A stretch of DNA of 64,000 nt from Polyangiales bacterium (GCA_964202905.1 CAXNJO010000008.1:33350-97349), one strand, 5' to 3'. Positions 1 through 12,004 are shown, numbered from the stretch's first letter. Notes: generated by a model from the letters alone, not told the origin. Program-made: numbers and translations.

Positions 1-170
1 GCATCGACGATGGGCTGCGACTCGGGGAGGGCTTGCGCGTGCGTCGCCGCGGAGCGCGAAAATGCCCAGAAAACAAGGAGATGGGCGCAGAGCCCGAGGG
101 CGATCGACGCGCCGCGGGGGGCGCGCGCGGAGGCGTGTCGCGCGGCTGCGCGGGCGGCGAGGGGGGCCAT
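1..170 (-). CDS. partial CDS (N-terminal 56 codons, continues off the left edge): membrane-anchored hypothetical protein
   Basis: Not in the ORF track because there is no stop in the window. Minus-strand ATG at 170, open to position 1: MAPLAARAAARHASARAPRGASIALGLCAHLLVFWAFSRSAATHAQALPESQPIVDA. Basic N-terminus plus one hydrophobic helix. Starts 3 nt after the stop (174) of the upstream minus-strand gene. Confidence 0.35.
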   Translation of the reverse strand, partial: MAPLAARAAARHASARAPRGASIALGLCAHLLVFWAFSRSAATHAQALPESQPIVD

Positions 171-173
171 CGC

Positions 174-971
174 TCAGCCGCGGAGCAGCGCGAGGACGGC
201 GTCGTGGACGAGGCCGTTGCTCGCGAGCGCGGAGCCGCCGTGGATCGTGTCGTCGCCTGCCATCGAGGTGAAGCGGCCGCCCGCCTCGCGCACGAGCACG
301 GCGCCGACGATGGTGTCCCAGGGCTGCACGCCCGGGTCGATCATCGCGTCGGCGCGCCCCTCGAGCACGTGCCGGTAGCCGTCGAAGTCGGAGAGGCCGC
401 GCTGCGTGTAGGTGCCCTCGGCGAGGCGCGGGAGGAGCGCGGCGACGCCGGCGCCCGTGAACTGCTGGAGCGCGCCGTGGCAGACGAGCGCGGCGTCGAG
501 CGACGCGACGTGCGAGACGCGGAGCGGGCGGCCGTTGCCGTAGGCGCCGTGGCCGCGGACGCCCCAGTAGAGGTCGCCGGAGGCGGGAAAATAGGCGATC
601 CCGAGCACCGGTTCGCCGTCCGCCTCGAGACCCACGAGGATGGTCCACGAGGACAGGCCGCGCAGGAAGGAGCGCGTGCCGTCGATCGGGTCGACCACGA
701 AGCGGAGCGCGCGGCCGTCGCCGCCCGAGCCGCTCTCTTCGCCGAGGAAGCCCGCCTCGGGGACGCGCGCCGCGAGGAAGGCGCGCAGGCGCCGCTCGAC
801 CGCCTCGTCGGCCTCGGTGACGGGGCTGCGGTCGGGCTTGGTCTGCGCGCGCGCCGCGGCCCCGCCGCGGAAGGCGACGAGCGCGTCCTCGCCGGCGGCG
901 ACGACCTCGTCGAGGAGGGCGTCGAGGGTGGCGCGTCCGCCGATGCGCGCGAGGTCGAAGGGAGCCGACAT
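174..971 (-). CDS. inositol monophosphatase family protein (SuhB/HisN-like)
   Basis: Internal ATG (MSAPFDL...) of track ORF 174..2174; the upstream part is Arg-rich shadow. 265 aa with IMPase-family blocks GEESG, VVDPIDGT and WDTIVGAVLVREAGG. Confidence 0.85.
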   Translation of the reverse strand: MSAPFDLARIGGRATLDALLDEVVAAGEDALVAFRGGAAARAQTKPDRSPVTEADEAVERRLRAFLAARVPEAGFLGEESGSGGDGRALRFVVDPIDGTRSFLRGLSSWTILVGLEADGEPVLGIAYFPASGDLYWGVRGHGAYGNGRPLRVSHVASLDAALVCHGALQQFTGAGVAALLPRLAEGTYTQRGLSDFDGYRHVLEGRADAMIDPGVQPWDTIVGAVLVREAGGRFTSMAGDDTIHGGSALASNGLVHDAVLALLRG

Positions 972-1040
972 GGGGCCCGACGGTACCAGAGTCGGGCCGG
1001 AAAATGGGCGTCTCGGCGCGTGCTCGTCTAGCGTCGCGGC

Positions 1041-2186
1041 ATGGCGCGGGCGCTCGATCACCGGGGTGGGAGGGCGCGTGCGAGCGCGGGGCTCGCGGCG
1101 CCTCGTGCGGCGCGGCGCGGGGGGGCGCAGTTCTGGGCTGTGTGGTCGTGCGCGGCGTTGTCCTCCGCTGCGCTGGGGCTCGCGCAGCCGCGCGGCGCGG
1201 CGGCGCAGGACGCGGGTACGCCGGCCGTCTCCGTGCCTGTCTCCGGGCCCGTCGGCGAGCCCATCGCCGAGCCCATCGCCGAGCCCATCATCGAGACGCC
1301 GGTCGTGCGCGCGCCGCCGATGCTCGCGGTCGGTGCGGGCGCGGTCGCCGCGGCGGTGCGTGCGACGGCGGATGCGCCGGACCGCGCGCTCGCGACGGGG
1401 ACGGGCCGCGCAGGGGCGGGGGCGCCCCGCGTGCCGCGCCTCACCGCGGGGGAGCTCGCGCAGGCCATCAACGAGCGCGCGCCTGCGCTGCGCGCCGCCT
1501 ACGTCGACCGACTCCGCGTCGAGGAGCTCGCGTCCGCGCTCGTGCGGGAGCGGGTGCTCGCGGAGGCCGCGCGCCGCGGTGGATTGCTCGAGGACCCGGG
1601 CGTGCAGCGCGAGTTCGACCGGGTGCTCACGCGGGCCCTGCTCGAGCGCGCGCGGGCCGCGGACCCCGCGCCGCCCGTCGACGAGACGATGGCGCGCGCC
1701 TTCTACGACGCGCACCTCGAGGACTACACGAAGCCGGCGCAGGTCCGCGTGCTCGCGATCGTGCTCGCGACGCGGAGCGAGGCGCAGCGCGTGCTCGCGG
1801 ACGTCGCCCGGGTGCGCGAGACACGCTTCGCGGCCACCGCGCGGCGGCGCTCGATCGATGGGCCCTCGCGGCGGCGTGGCGGGAGCCTCGGGTGGATCGC
1901 GCAGGGAAGCCGGGCGGAGTCCACGCTCGTGGACGCGGCGCTCGCCCTCCGTCTCGGCGAGACCGCGGCGGCGCCGATCGAGGTCGAGGGGCGCTTCTAC
2001 GTGCTTCGCGCCGTCGATCGGCGTGCGCCCGAGCTCGTGCCCTTCGAGCGGGCGCGGGCGTCGATCACGAGCCGGCTGCGGGCCGAGCACGAGCGGCGCG
2101 TCGCCGACGTGCTCCTCGCGCGGGCCGCGCGGGAACAGGAGCTCCGCGTCGAGGAGGCCGCGGAGAGCGTCCACATCGGGCCCTGA
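1041..2186 (+). CDS. peptidyl-prolyl cis-trans isomerase, parvulin (PpiC) type, SurA/PrsA-like
   Basis: Track ORF 1041..2186. Hydrophobic N-terminal anchor/signal. C-terminal parvulin domain (VRVLAIVLATRSEAQ..., GGSLGWIAQG, GRFYVLRAVDRR). Exact start uncertain. Confidence 0.75.
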   Translation: MARALDHRGGRARASAGLAAPRAARRGGAQFWAVWSCAALSSAALGLAQPRGAAAQDAGTPAVSVPVSGPVGEPIAEPIAEPIIETPVVRAPPMLAVGAGAVAAAVRATADAPDRALATGTGRAGAGAPRVPRLTAGELAQAINERAPALRAAYVDRLRVEELASALVRERVLAEAARRGGLLEDPGVQREFDRVLTRALLERARAADPAPPVDETMARAFYDAHLEDYTKPAQVRVLAIVLATRSEAQRVLADVARVRETRFAATARRRSIDGPSRRRGGSLGWIAQGSRAESTLVDAALALRLGETAAAPIEVEGRFYVLRAVDRRAPELVPFERARASITSRLRAEHERRVADVLLARAAREQELRVEEAAESVHIGP

Positions 2187-2240
2187 GCGCGCCGCGCGAT
2201 GGACGGGTGCGCGTCCCTCGCGGTGGGGCGTCCGGAGCCG

Positions 2241-4268
2241 TCAGGGCGGGCACGCGGGGGGCCGATCGACCGCCTCGCGCAGCGCGCGCAGCCACGGGTC
2301 GTCGCGGCCTTGCGGCAGCGCCAGGCCGGCCTCGACGAACGCGCGCACGGCGTCGCGCCCACCCCGTCGCAGGGCGAGCTCCTGCGCGGCGAGGGTGCTC
2401 TCGCGGGACGGCTCCGCGGTGAACGCTGCGCTCTGCGCGAGCGCGGCCTCCCCGGACTCCGTGTCGCACAGGATCGCCTTCACGAGCGCGCGCGTCGCGG
2501 CGACGGTTTGCAGGTCGCGCGTCGACTCCGGCAGCCCGGTGAGCAGCGCGTCGGCGCGGCGGTAGATCGCCCAACCCGCGGCGTCCTCGGGCGTGCGCAG
2601 GCCACCCCGACCGCCGTCCCGCGCGAAGGGCGCGAGCAGCAGCAGCGCGCGCGTCCACCGATCGAAGCCGCGGGCCGTGTCGTGCCGCGCGAGCGTCCGG
2701 GCCTCCTGCGCGATGACCTCGCGCTGCGCGGGGGTCGCGGCGAGCACCCACTCGGCACCGAAGCCCGGCACGAGCGCGCGGATCGCCGAAAAGCCCGAGA
2801 TCCGGGCGAGATCGTCGCGCACGAACAACGCGAAGGCGTCGTCCACGAGCACGAGCGACCAGCCGGGGCGCCGCGTGAGGTCGTTCAGTCGCTGCTGCTC
2901 GCCCGCGAGCGTGTGCTTCAGGAGCACGGCGTCGATGTCGCCCTCCCGGAGGACCGACGCGAACACCGCGTCGTCGTGGAACGCGGCGGTCGCCGTCGCG
3001 ACGTGCGCCGGGCCGTAGAACGGGACGCGCCCGTCGACGAAGAAGCGCGCGCGCGGCGCCTCCCACATCAGCGGCCAGCTGTGCTGGATCGCCGCGAACA
3101 CGCGCGGCGGGCGCGCTGCGCGCGCGAGCATCCCCCCGGGGCCGTGCGGCAGGTCGTCGAACGAGAGGCCGTGTCCGAGGGGCAGATCGGGTTTGACCTG
3201 GGTCGCGCCCCACGGAACGAGCACGCCGAGCGCGACCGCGGCCGCGGTGACCGCGCGCGAGACGCCGCGCGTCGAGAGGCGCGCGAGGGCGGGCGCGTAC
3301 CCGGCGCCGATCCACGGCGCCGCGAGGAAGAGGAACTCGCCGACGAAGCGGATCGAGCGGAAGCTCGCGACGCCGAGCACGCACGTCACGGCGAGCGCCG
3401 CCCGAGCCACCGGGCCCGACCGCAGCAAGCGCGGCGCAGCGAGCGCGAGCAGCGCGCCGCAGAGTGCCGGGTAGACGAGCAGCCAGAGCGACGCGTTGTC
3501 GTCCCAGGCGGCCCACTCGGTCACGAGCGCGCGGTAGCGTGGGTCGACCACGTGGCCGAGGGCGTCCGTGACGATGCGCGGCCCCCAGGGCGAGATGCAG
3601 GAGCCGAGCACCTCGAGACCGAGCAGCGCGAGGACGCTGCGTCGGGCCGATTTCTGGGCAAATACCGCGAACATGCCGGTGATCAGCACACCGAGCAGGT
3701 GGCTGCCGTGCAGGTTCACCCAGAGCACGTGCAGGCCCGCGACGAGCGCGACGAGGCCGGCGCGGACGCGCGGGCGAGGCGGGGTGCCGGGATCGATGAG
3801 GCGCGCGAGCACCGCGACGTACGTGGCCGCGAGCACCATGCCGAGGACGTGCGGGCGGTCGCTCAATCGAAAGCGGAGCGCGGGGATCGCGGCGACGAAC
3901 GCGAGCGCGCCGAGCATCGATGCGCGCGGGCCGCCGACGCGGGCGGCGACGGGGAGCAGGAGCAGCACGGCCCCCGCGAGGAGCGCGCATTTCAACGCGA
4001 TGAGGGCGTCGTATCCGAACGCCGCGTAGAGGCCGTAGTACAGCAGGTCGCTGAGCCACTCGTAGTTGAACCAGGGCCGCCCCGCGTGCAGCAGCGACCA
4101 GGTGTCGGTGGCCGGCACGTGCCCGAGCTCGGCGATCTGCCGACCCTGCGCGAGGTGCCCGAGGGTGTCCGGGTTGTTGCCGGGGGAGAGCCCCGCGAGG
4201 GCCAGCGAGGCCGCGGCGGCGTAGCGGAGCGCGCGCTCGAGCCGCTGCTCGACGGGGGAGCCGGACAT
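2241..4268 (-). CDS. polytopic integral membrane protein with C-terminal soluble domain (GT-C/PMT-like, family not identified)
   Basis: Last 675 codons of track ORF 2241..6029, from ATG 4268 (MSGSPVEQRLERALRY...). About 10 or more hydrophobic helices (ALKCALLAGAVLLLLPVAA, LVALVAGLHVLWVNLHG, WLLVYPALCGALLALAAP), then a soluble domain of about 300 aa. The upstream 587 codons of the ORF are antisense to the GH57 gene. Confidence 0.7.
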   Translation of the reverse strand: MSGSPVEQRLERALRYAAAASLALAGLSPGNNPDTLGHLAQGRQIAELGHVPATDTWSLLHAGRPWFNYEWLSDLLYYGLYAAFGYDALIALKCALLAGAVLLLLPVAARVGGPRASMLGALAFVAAIPALRFRLSDRPHVLGMVLAATYVAVLARLIDPGTPPRPRVRAGLVALVAGLHVLWVNLHGSHLLGVLITGMFAVFAQKSARRSVLALLGLEVLGSCISPWGPRIVTDALGHVVDPRYRALVTEWAAWDDNASLWLLVYPALCGALLALAAPRLLRSGPVARAALAVTCVLGVASFRSIRFVGEFLFLAAPWIGAGYAPALARLSTRGVSRAVTAAAVALGVLVPWGATQVKPDLPLGHGLSFDDLPHGPGGMLARAARPPRVFAAIQHSWPLMWEAPRARFFVDGRVPFYGPAHVATATAAFHDDAVFASVLREGDIDAVLLKHTLAGEQQRLNDLTRRPGWSLVLVDDAFALFVRDDLARISGFSAIRALVPGFGAEWVLAATPAQREVIAQEARTLARHDTARGFDRWTRALLLLAPFARDGGRGGLRTPEDAAGWAIYRRADALLTGLPESTRDLQTVAATRALVKAILCDTESGEAALAQSAAFTAEPSRESTLAAQELALRRGGRDAVRAFVEAGLALPQGRDDPWLRALREAVDRPPACPP

Positions 4269-4469
4269 CGGCGGCACGTTACCGCGCCGTGCGCGCGAAG
4301 CGAGCGGGTCGGCGTCGGCCCCGGGGAAGTCGTCGAGCAAGAACGCCGCACATGGCAGCGCGGTCGCGATCGTGGACGTCGCGCTCGCAGCGGACGTCTC
4401 GGGCGTCGCGCGCCCGGGGACGCGCCGCGCCGTCGACCGCCTCGCGCGGCTGCTACGCTCGCGCCCAGC

Positions 4470-6050
4470 TTGCTCGCGCTCGTCCTTCACGCGCACCTGC
4501 CGTTCGTCCGGCACCCGGAGAACGACGATCACCTGGAGGAGCGCTGGCTCTTCGAGGCGCTCGCCGAGTCGTATCTGCCGCTGCTCGACGTGCTCACGCG
4601 CCTCGCGCGCGACGGCGTCCCGTACCGCGTCACGCTGAGCGTCACGCCGACCCTCGCCGCGATGCTCGCCGACCCCCTGCTCGGCGCGCGTTTCCTGCGC
4701 TGGCTCGCGCGGCTCGGGCGGCTCGCCGAGCGCGAGCGGGCGCGCGTCACGGCGGGCGACCCGCTCGTACCCGCGCTCGATCACGCGCTCTCCCGCGTCG
4801 CGCTCGCGTCGCGTTGCTGGGAGCGGCACGGCGGCGACGTGCTCGGCGGTCTCGCGCGGCTCGCCTCCGCGGGGCACCTCGAGCTCGCTGGCTGCGCGGC
4901 GACGCATGGTTTTCTGCCGGGGCTCGCCGCGGTGCCGGGCGCGGCGGAGGCGCAGCTCGCGGTGGGCGTCGAGGCGCACCGCGAGGTCTTCGGGCGCGCG
5001 GCGCACGCCCTCTGGCTGCCCGAGTGCGGCTACGCGCCCGGGCTCGACGCGGCGCTCGCGCGGGTCGGCGTGCGGGCGACGGTGCTCGACGCGCACGGCC
5101 TGCGCCTCGCGCGCCCGCGGCCGCCCTTCGACGTCTACGCGCCCGTGCTCTCGCCCGCGGGTGTGGCCTTTTTCGCGCGCGATCCGGAGTCGTCGGAGGC
5201 CGTGTGGTCGCGGGAGGCCGGTTATCCGGGCGATCCGGCGTACCGCGAGTACCACCGCGACGCGGTCGATGCGCTGCCGCGGGATCGCGTCGCCGATGTC
5301 CTGCCGCCGATCGACGCGCGCGTGCCGACGGGCCTCAAGCTCTGGCGCATCACCGGCGGCGGCGCGCCGAAGGCCCCCTACGATCCGCAGGCCGCGGCCG
5401 AGCGCGCGCGCATCCACGCCGCGCACTTCGTGGGGCAGCGACGGAGGCGGCTCGAGGCGGCGCGGCAGGCGCTCGGCGGGCGTGTCCCCGTCTGCGTCGC
5501 GCCGTACGACGCCGAGCTCTTCGGCCATTGGTGGCACGAGGGCCCCTGGTTCCTCGAGCACGTGCTGCGGGCCGCTGCGCCGTGGACGACGACCTTGAGC
5601 GCCCAGCTCGCACGCACGCCGGAGCTCGCGGTGGTCACGCCTGCGGCCTCGACGTGGGGCGAGCAGGGGCAAGCGCGCGTCTGGCTCGGCGCGGCGACGG
5701 GCCCGCTCTGGCCGGCGATCCACGCGCTCGCCCGCGCGCTGCCGCCGCTCGTCGCGCGCCACGCCGCGACCCGTGATCCGCTCGTGCTGCGCGCGCTCCG
5801 TCAAGCGTGCCGCGAGGCGCTGCTCGCGCAGGCGAGCGACTGGCCCTTCCTGGTGCACACGGGCACCGCGCCGCACTACGCACGCGCCCGTCTCGCCGAC
5901 CACGTCGCGCGCTTCGAGTGGCTCGCGTCGACGCTCGACGCCGGGCCGGGCGCCCTCCGCGCCGAGCTTTCGGGCTTCTCGCGGATCGAGAGCCGTGACA
6001 CCCTGCTGCCCCGCCTCGATCCGGGGCACTTTCGCGAGGAATCCGCATGA
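4470..6050 (+). CDS. glycoside hydrolase family 57 protein (1,4-alpha-glucan branching enzyme type, DUF1957 C-terminal region)
   Basis: Frame of track ORF 2199..6050. There is no in-frame ATG; TTG at 4470 gives (M)LALVLHAHLPFVRHPEND..., the canonical GH57 N-terminus. Further blocks: WLPECGY, VAPYDAELFGHWWHEGPWFLE. 526 aa. Confidence 0.85.
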   Translation: MLALVLHAHLPFVRHPENDDHLEERWLFEALAESYLPLLDVLTRLARDGVPYRVTLSVTPTLAAMLADPLLGARFLRWLARLGRLAERERARVTAGDPLVPALDHALSRVALASRCWERHGGDVLGGLARLASAGHLELAGCAATHGFLPGLAAVPGAAEAQLAVGVEAHREVFGRAAHALWLPECGYAPGLDAALARVGVRATVLDAHGLRLARPRPPFDVYAPVLSPAGVAFFARDPESSEAVWSREAGYPGDPAYREYHRDAVDALPRDRVADVLPPIDARVPTGLKLWRITGGGAPKAPYDPQAAAERARIHAAHFVGQRRRRLEAARQALGGRVPVCVAPYDAELFGHWWHEGPWFLEHVLRAAAPWTTTLSAQLARTPELAVVTPAASTWGEQGQARVWLGAATGPLWPAIHALARALPPLVARHAATRDPLVLRALRQACREALLAQASDWPFLVHTGTAPHYARARLADHVARFEWLASTLDAGPGALRAELSGFSRIESRDTLLPRLDPGHFREESA

Positions 6051-6955
6051 CCATCCCCACCTTCACCGGGGCGCTCACCGCGCTCGTCACGCCCTTCCGC
6101 GACGGCGCGGTCGACGTGGAGGCGCTCCGCGCGCTGGTCGAGGCGCAGATCGCGGGCGGCATCGACGGCCTCGTGCCCTGCGGCACCACGGGCGAGAGCG
6201 TGACGCTCTCGGCGGCCGAGCACGCGCTCGTCGTGCGCAGCGTCGTCGAGCAGGCCGCGGGGCGCGTCCCCGTCGTCGCCGGGGCGGGCAGCGTCTCGAC
6301 GGCGCACGCGATCGAGCTGGCGCGGGCCTCGCGCGCGGCGGGCGCCGACGGCCTCCTCGTCGTCGTGCCCTATTACAACAAGCCGACGCAGGCGGGCCTC
6401 GTCGCGCACTACCGGGCGCTGCTCCGCGAGGTGCCCCTGCCGACCATCCTCTACAACATCCCCGGCCGCTGCGGCGTCGACCTCGGCCTCGACGCGATGG
6501 CGCAGCTCGCGGGCGTCCCGGAGATCGTCGCCGTGAAGGAAGCGACGGGCAACGTGCTCCGCAGCCAGGCGCTCGTCGCCCGCTTCGGCGAGCGCTTCTC
6601 CGTGCTCTCCGGCGACGACGCGCTGACGCTGCCGATCCTCGCCGTCGGCGGCGCGGGCGTCGTGAGCGTCACCTCCAACCTGCTGCCGCGCGCGGTGAGT
6701 GACGTCATCCGCCTCTGGCGCGCGGGCGACGTCGCGGGGGCGCGCGCGCTGCACCTGCGGCTCCTGCCCGTGCACGAGGTGATGTTCGTCGAGTCGAACC
6801 CCGGCCCGGTGAAGGCGGCACTCGCGCAGGCCGGGCGCCTCGCGCCCGAGGTGCGCCTCCCGCTCGCGTGGCCCGCGGAGGCGTCCTGTCGTCTCGTCGC
6901 GGAGGTGCTCGCCGCCTCGGGCTTCGCGCCCGTCGTGCGGGCCGCCGCGTCATGA
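6047..6955 (+). CDS. dapA: 4-hydroxy-tetrahydrodipicolinate synthase
   Basis: Track ORF 6047..6955. Motifs TALVTPF, PCGTTGES, VVPYYNKP, VAVKEATG (Schiff-base Lys). ATG overlaps the GH57 stop. Confidence 0.95.
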   Translation: MTIPTFTGALTALVTPFRDGAVDVEALRALVEAQIAGGIDGLVPCGTTGESVTLSAAEHALVVRSVVEQAAGRVPVVAGAGSVSTAHAIELARASRAAGADGLLVVVPYYNKPTQAGLVAHYRALLREVPLPTILYNIPGRCGVDLGLDAMAQLAGVPEIVAVKEATGNVLRSQALVARFGERFSVLSGDDALTLPILAVGGAGVVSVTSNLLPRAVSDVIRLWRAGDVAGARALHLRLLPVHEVMFVESNPGPVKAALAQAGRLAPEVRLPLAWPAEASCRLVAEVLAASGFAPVVRAAAS

Positions 6956-7770
6956 GCGGCGCGGGCGGGCGCGTCCTTCTGCACGGCGCGGGCGGGCGCA
7001 TGGGGCGCGCGGTCGTCGCCCTGCTCGCGGGCGACGCGGACCTCGCCCTGGCCGTCGCGATCGAGGCGCCCGGGAGCGCGCTCGTGGGGCGCGACGTGGG
7101 CGAGCTCGCCGGGCTCGGGCCGGGCGGTGTCCGCGTGACGGATGCCCTCGAGGCGGGGCTTTGCGGCGCCGACGTCCTGCTCGACTTCAGCGCCGCCGCC
7201 GCCGTTCCAGGCCTCGCGCGCGCGGCCGCAAGTGTCCGGATTCCTTCCGTGATCTGCACGACGGGCCTCGACGCCGCGGCGCACGAGGCGATCGACGCGC
7301 TCGCGTGCGTCGCGCCGGTCGTGGTCGCGGCGAACACGAGCGTCGGCGTCGCGGTGCTGCTGCACCTCGCGGCGCGCGCGGCCGCGCTCCTCGGCGACGA
7401 GTACGACGCGGAGATCGTCGAGCTGCACCACCGCCACAAGATCGACGCACCGAGCGGCACCGCGCTGCGCCTCGCCGAGGCCGTCGCCGACGCCCGCGGA
7501 CTCGACCTGGACACCGCAGCCCGCCACGGGCGCAGCGGCGCAGCGGGCCCGCGCGCGCCAGGAGAGATCGGGGTCCACGCGGTGCGCGGCGGCGACATCA
7601 TCGGCGAGCACACGCTCGTGCTCGCGGGGGCGGGCGAGCGCCTCGAGTTGACGCATCGCGCCCACGCGCGGGACCTCTTCGCGCGCGGTGCGCTCCGCGC
7701 GGCCCGCTGGGTGCGCGGCCAACCCCCCGGGCGCTACGAGATGCGCGACGTCCTCGGCCTCCCGCGCTGA
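6952..7770 (+). CDS. dapB: 4-hydroxy-tetrahydrodipicolinate reductase
   Basis: ATG 6952 (MSGAGGRVLLHGAGGRMGR...) inside track ORF 6868..7770, overlapping the dapA stop (ATGA). Signature ELHHRHKIDAPSGTA. Confidence 0.95.
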   Translation: MSGAGGRVLLHGAGGRMGRAVVALLAGDADLALAVAIEAPGSALVGRDVGELAGLGPGGVRVTDALEAGLCGADVLLDFSAAAAVPGLARAAASVRIPSVICTTGLDAAAHEAIDALACVAPVVVAANTSVGVAVLLHLAARAAALLGDEYDAEIVELHHRHKIDAPSGTALRLAEAVADARGLDLDTAARHGRSGAAGPRAPGEIGVHAVRGGDIIGEHTLVLAGAGERLELTHRAHARDLFARGALRAARWVRGQPPGRYEMRDVLGLPR

Positions 7771-7772
7771 CG

Positions 7773-7789
7773 GGGCACGGCGCGTGCCC
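7773..7789 (+). terminator. GC-rich hairpin 3 nt after dapB stop (possible intrinsic terminator, no T-tract)
   Basis: gggcac-ggcgc-gtgccc: 6-bp stem, 5-nt loop, read directly from the sequence. Confidence 0.3.
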
Positions 7790-7825
7790 GCGCGCATCCC
7801 GCGGCAAGCTGTTACATTGCGCGCC

Positions 7826-7925
7826 ATGACGGCCTCCCGGCCTTGTCCGACCTGCGGCGCCCCGATCTCGCTCGACGGCCGTTTTTGCGGCGCGTGCGGG
7901 ACGGCCGGTCACCCCGATGGCCCCC
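7826..7925 (+). other. zinc-ribbon coding segment, out of frame with the downstream gene body (probable true N-terminus of the 7917..9848 gene)
   Basis: ATG 7826 in the frame of track ORF 7688..12004 encodes MTASRPCPTCGAPISLDGRFCGACGTAGHPDG (CxxC-x11-CxxC). After about 7920 this frame becomes Arg-rich nonsense, while the frame shifted by one base carries the real protein. A C5 run lies at 7921-7925. Confidence 0.5.
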
Positions 7926-9844
7926 GCTCCCGCCGCGCCTCCGCCCGAGCCGATCGGCGGCAGCGCGCCACACGCGCCCGCGGAGTCGCCGTCACGCGCG
8001 GCCCCGCAGCGCACGATGCTCGGCGTGCAGGCCGTCAACCTCGCGGCCGTGCAGGCGAACATCGCGGCCGGCATGCGCGCGGGGCTGGGCGGTGCCGCGG
8101 CCCCGACGCCATCCCCCGCGCCCGCCCAGCCAGCGCCGCCTCCGCAGGCGCAGGCGCCGCACGCCCCGAGCATGAACGCGACGATGCTCGGCATGCCCGC
8201 TGTCGACCTCGCCGCGTTGCGGGCCGGGCCGGCTGCGCCGCCGTCCCCGGCCGCGCCCCCGCAGCCGGTGCGCGAGAAGCTCGCGAACGCGACGATGCTC
8301 GGCATGCCGGCGGTCGCGCTCCCCGTCGCGCAGCCCGCTCCCGCGCAGGCACCCGCCGCGCAGCCGCTCTCGGCCGCGGCGCCGTCCGGTCCGGCGTCGC
8401 AGTCCGGCGCGCTGAGCCCGTCGCCCTCGGCGCGTCCGCAGATCGCCGCGCAGACGAACCGCACGATGCTCGGCGTCTCGATCCCGCTCAGCGAGCTCCT
8501 CCCGCCGGACCTCGCGCAGGCGCCGTCGGCCGCGCCCGCCACCGCGCCCGCCGTGGCCGCACCCGCGTCGGCCTGGGATCAGGGCGCGTCGTCCTTCGGC
8601 ATCCCCGCGCCGGACACCTCGCAGGACTCGATCGAGCTCCCGGGGCATCGTCGCGGCGGCCGCGGCGTGCTCGTCGCGGCGCTCGCGCTCGTCGCGCTGC
8701 TCGTGCTGGTGGCGAGCGGCGTCGGGCTCTTCGTCGCGCTGCGCGGCGGCGGTGGTCCCGATGTGCGCGTCGCCGTCACGCGCGCCGCGGGCGGCGAGGC
8801 GCTCGAGGTCACCGTCCCCGGCGCCGAGGCGGGCACCAAGCTCCGCTTCGGTGCCATGGAGCGCCCGCTCGAGGGCGACCGCGCCACGTTCCCGCTCGCG
8901 CCCGACACGCTGCACGTCGGCGCGAACGACATCACCGTGGTCGTCGTCGCGCCGGGCGGCGACGCCGTGTCCCGCGCCATCGCGCTGCAGCTCGACTTCC
9001 GCGTCCGCGCCGATCTCGGCGGCCTCGCGCGGCCGCAGCCGACGCTCGCCATCGTCGTCGACGCGCGGCCGGGTTCGGTCGTGATGCTCGATGGCGCGCC
9101 GCTGCCGCTCGACGCCGCCGGCCACGCGACACGCGCATACCCGCTCGATCTCGCGGCCACCCGCGACGGCCGCATCACGCACGTCGCCCGCTACGCGATC
9201 ACGCCCCCGGGCGGCGCCGCGGCCGAGGGCGCGGTGACGACGGAGATCCCGCTCACGCCCCTTCAGCTCGAGCGCCCGGGCCTCACCGTCCTCACCGACC
9301 GCGACAGCGTCGAGATCGCCGGCGCGGTCGATCCCGCCGCGATGGTCACGATCGACGGCGTCCCCGTCGCGGCGAGCGGCGGCCGCTTCGCGCACCGCTT
9401 CCCACTGCCCGCCGTCGGCACGCACACCCCGCGTGTCGTCGCGGTCGCGCCGGGCAAGGCGCCGCACGCGGTCTCGCTCACGCTGCGCCGCGTCGCGAGC
9501 CTCGAGGAGGAGGCGCGCACCTTCGGCCCCGATCGCAGCGTCACGTACGCGCGCCTGCGCCCCGCGGCCGCGGCCTTCGTCGGTCAGCGCGTCGCGTTCG
9601 AGGGGCGCATCTACAACGTCGAGGTGACGCGCGGCACGAGCATCGTGCAGATGCTCGTGCGCGACTGCCCGCGCGGCGAGCGCTGCCCGCTGTGGGTGAC
9701 GTACCCCGCCGCGACCGAGCTCACCGTCGACACGAACGTGCGCGTGCTCGGCACCGTGGCGGGAGAACATCGCTACCCGAACGAGTCGGGCCGCGAGAAC
9801 GTGGATCCGCGCGTCGACGCGGCCTTCCTCCTGCCGCTGGCGCG

Positions 9845-9848
<4 letters not shown>
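7917..9848 (+). CDS. single-pass membrane protein with Pro-rich cytoplasmic region carrying four NxTMLG repeats and a large extracytoplasmic domain
   Basis: Track ORF 7917..9848 (643 aa). Repeated QRTMLGVQAV / NATMLGMPAV (x2) / NRTMLGVSIP. TM helix VLVAALALVALLVLVASGVGLFVAL. Non-repetitive C-terminal domain of about 400 aa. Confidence 0.8.

Positions 9849-12000
<2,152 letters not shown>

Positions 12001-12004
<4 letters not shown>

Noticed and set aside
1254-1292. 12-nt x3 repeat (GAGCCCATCGCC, encoding EPIA EPIA EPII) in the PPIase gene.
   Set aside because: It is a short in-frame linker repeat within a signal-proximal low-complexity region, with no indication of function beyond spacer variability.
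2199-4469. Very long ORFs in the track, for example the 5' part of 2199..6050. Others: 11617..14640, 17754..21227 upstream of 18113, 21327..23531, 40650..42866, 54706..57936, 57984..62432 upstream of 59486, and 62439..63908.
   Set aside because: They are Arg/Ala/Pro/Gly-rich and lack any family motifs. They lie antisense or out of frame to genes with clear homology. Such stop-free shadow frames are expected at >70% G+C.
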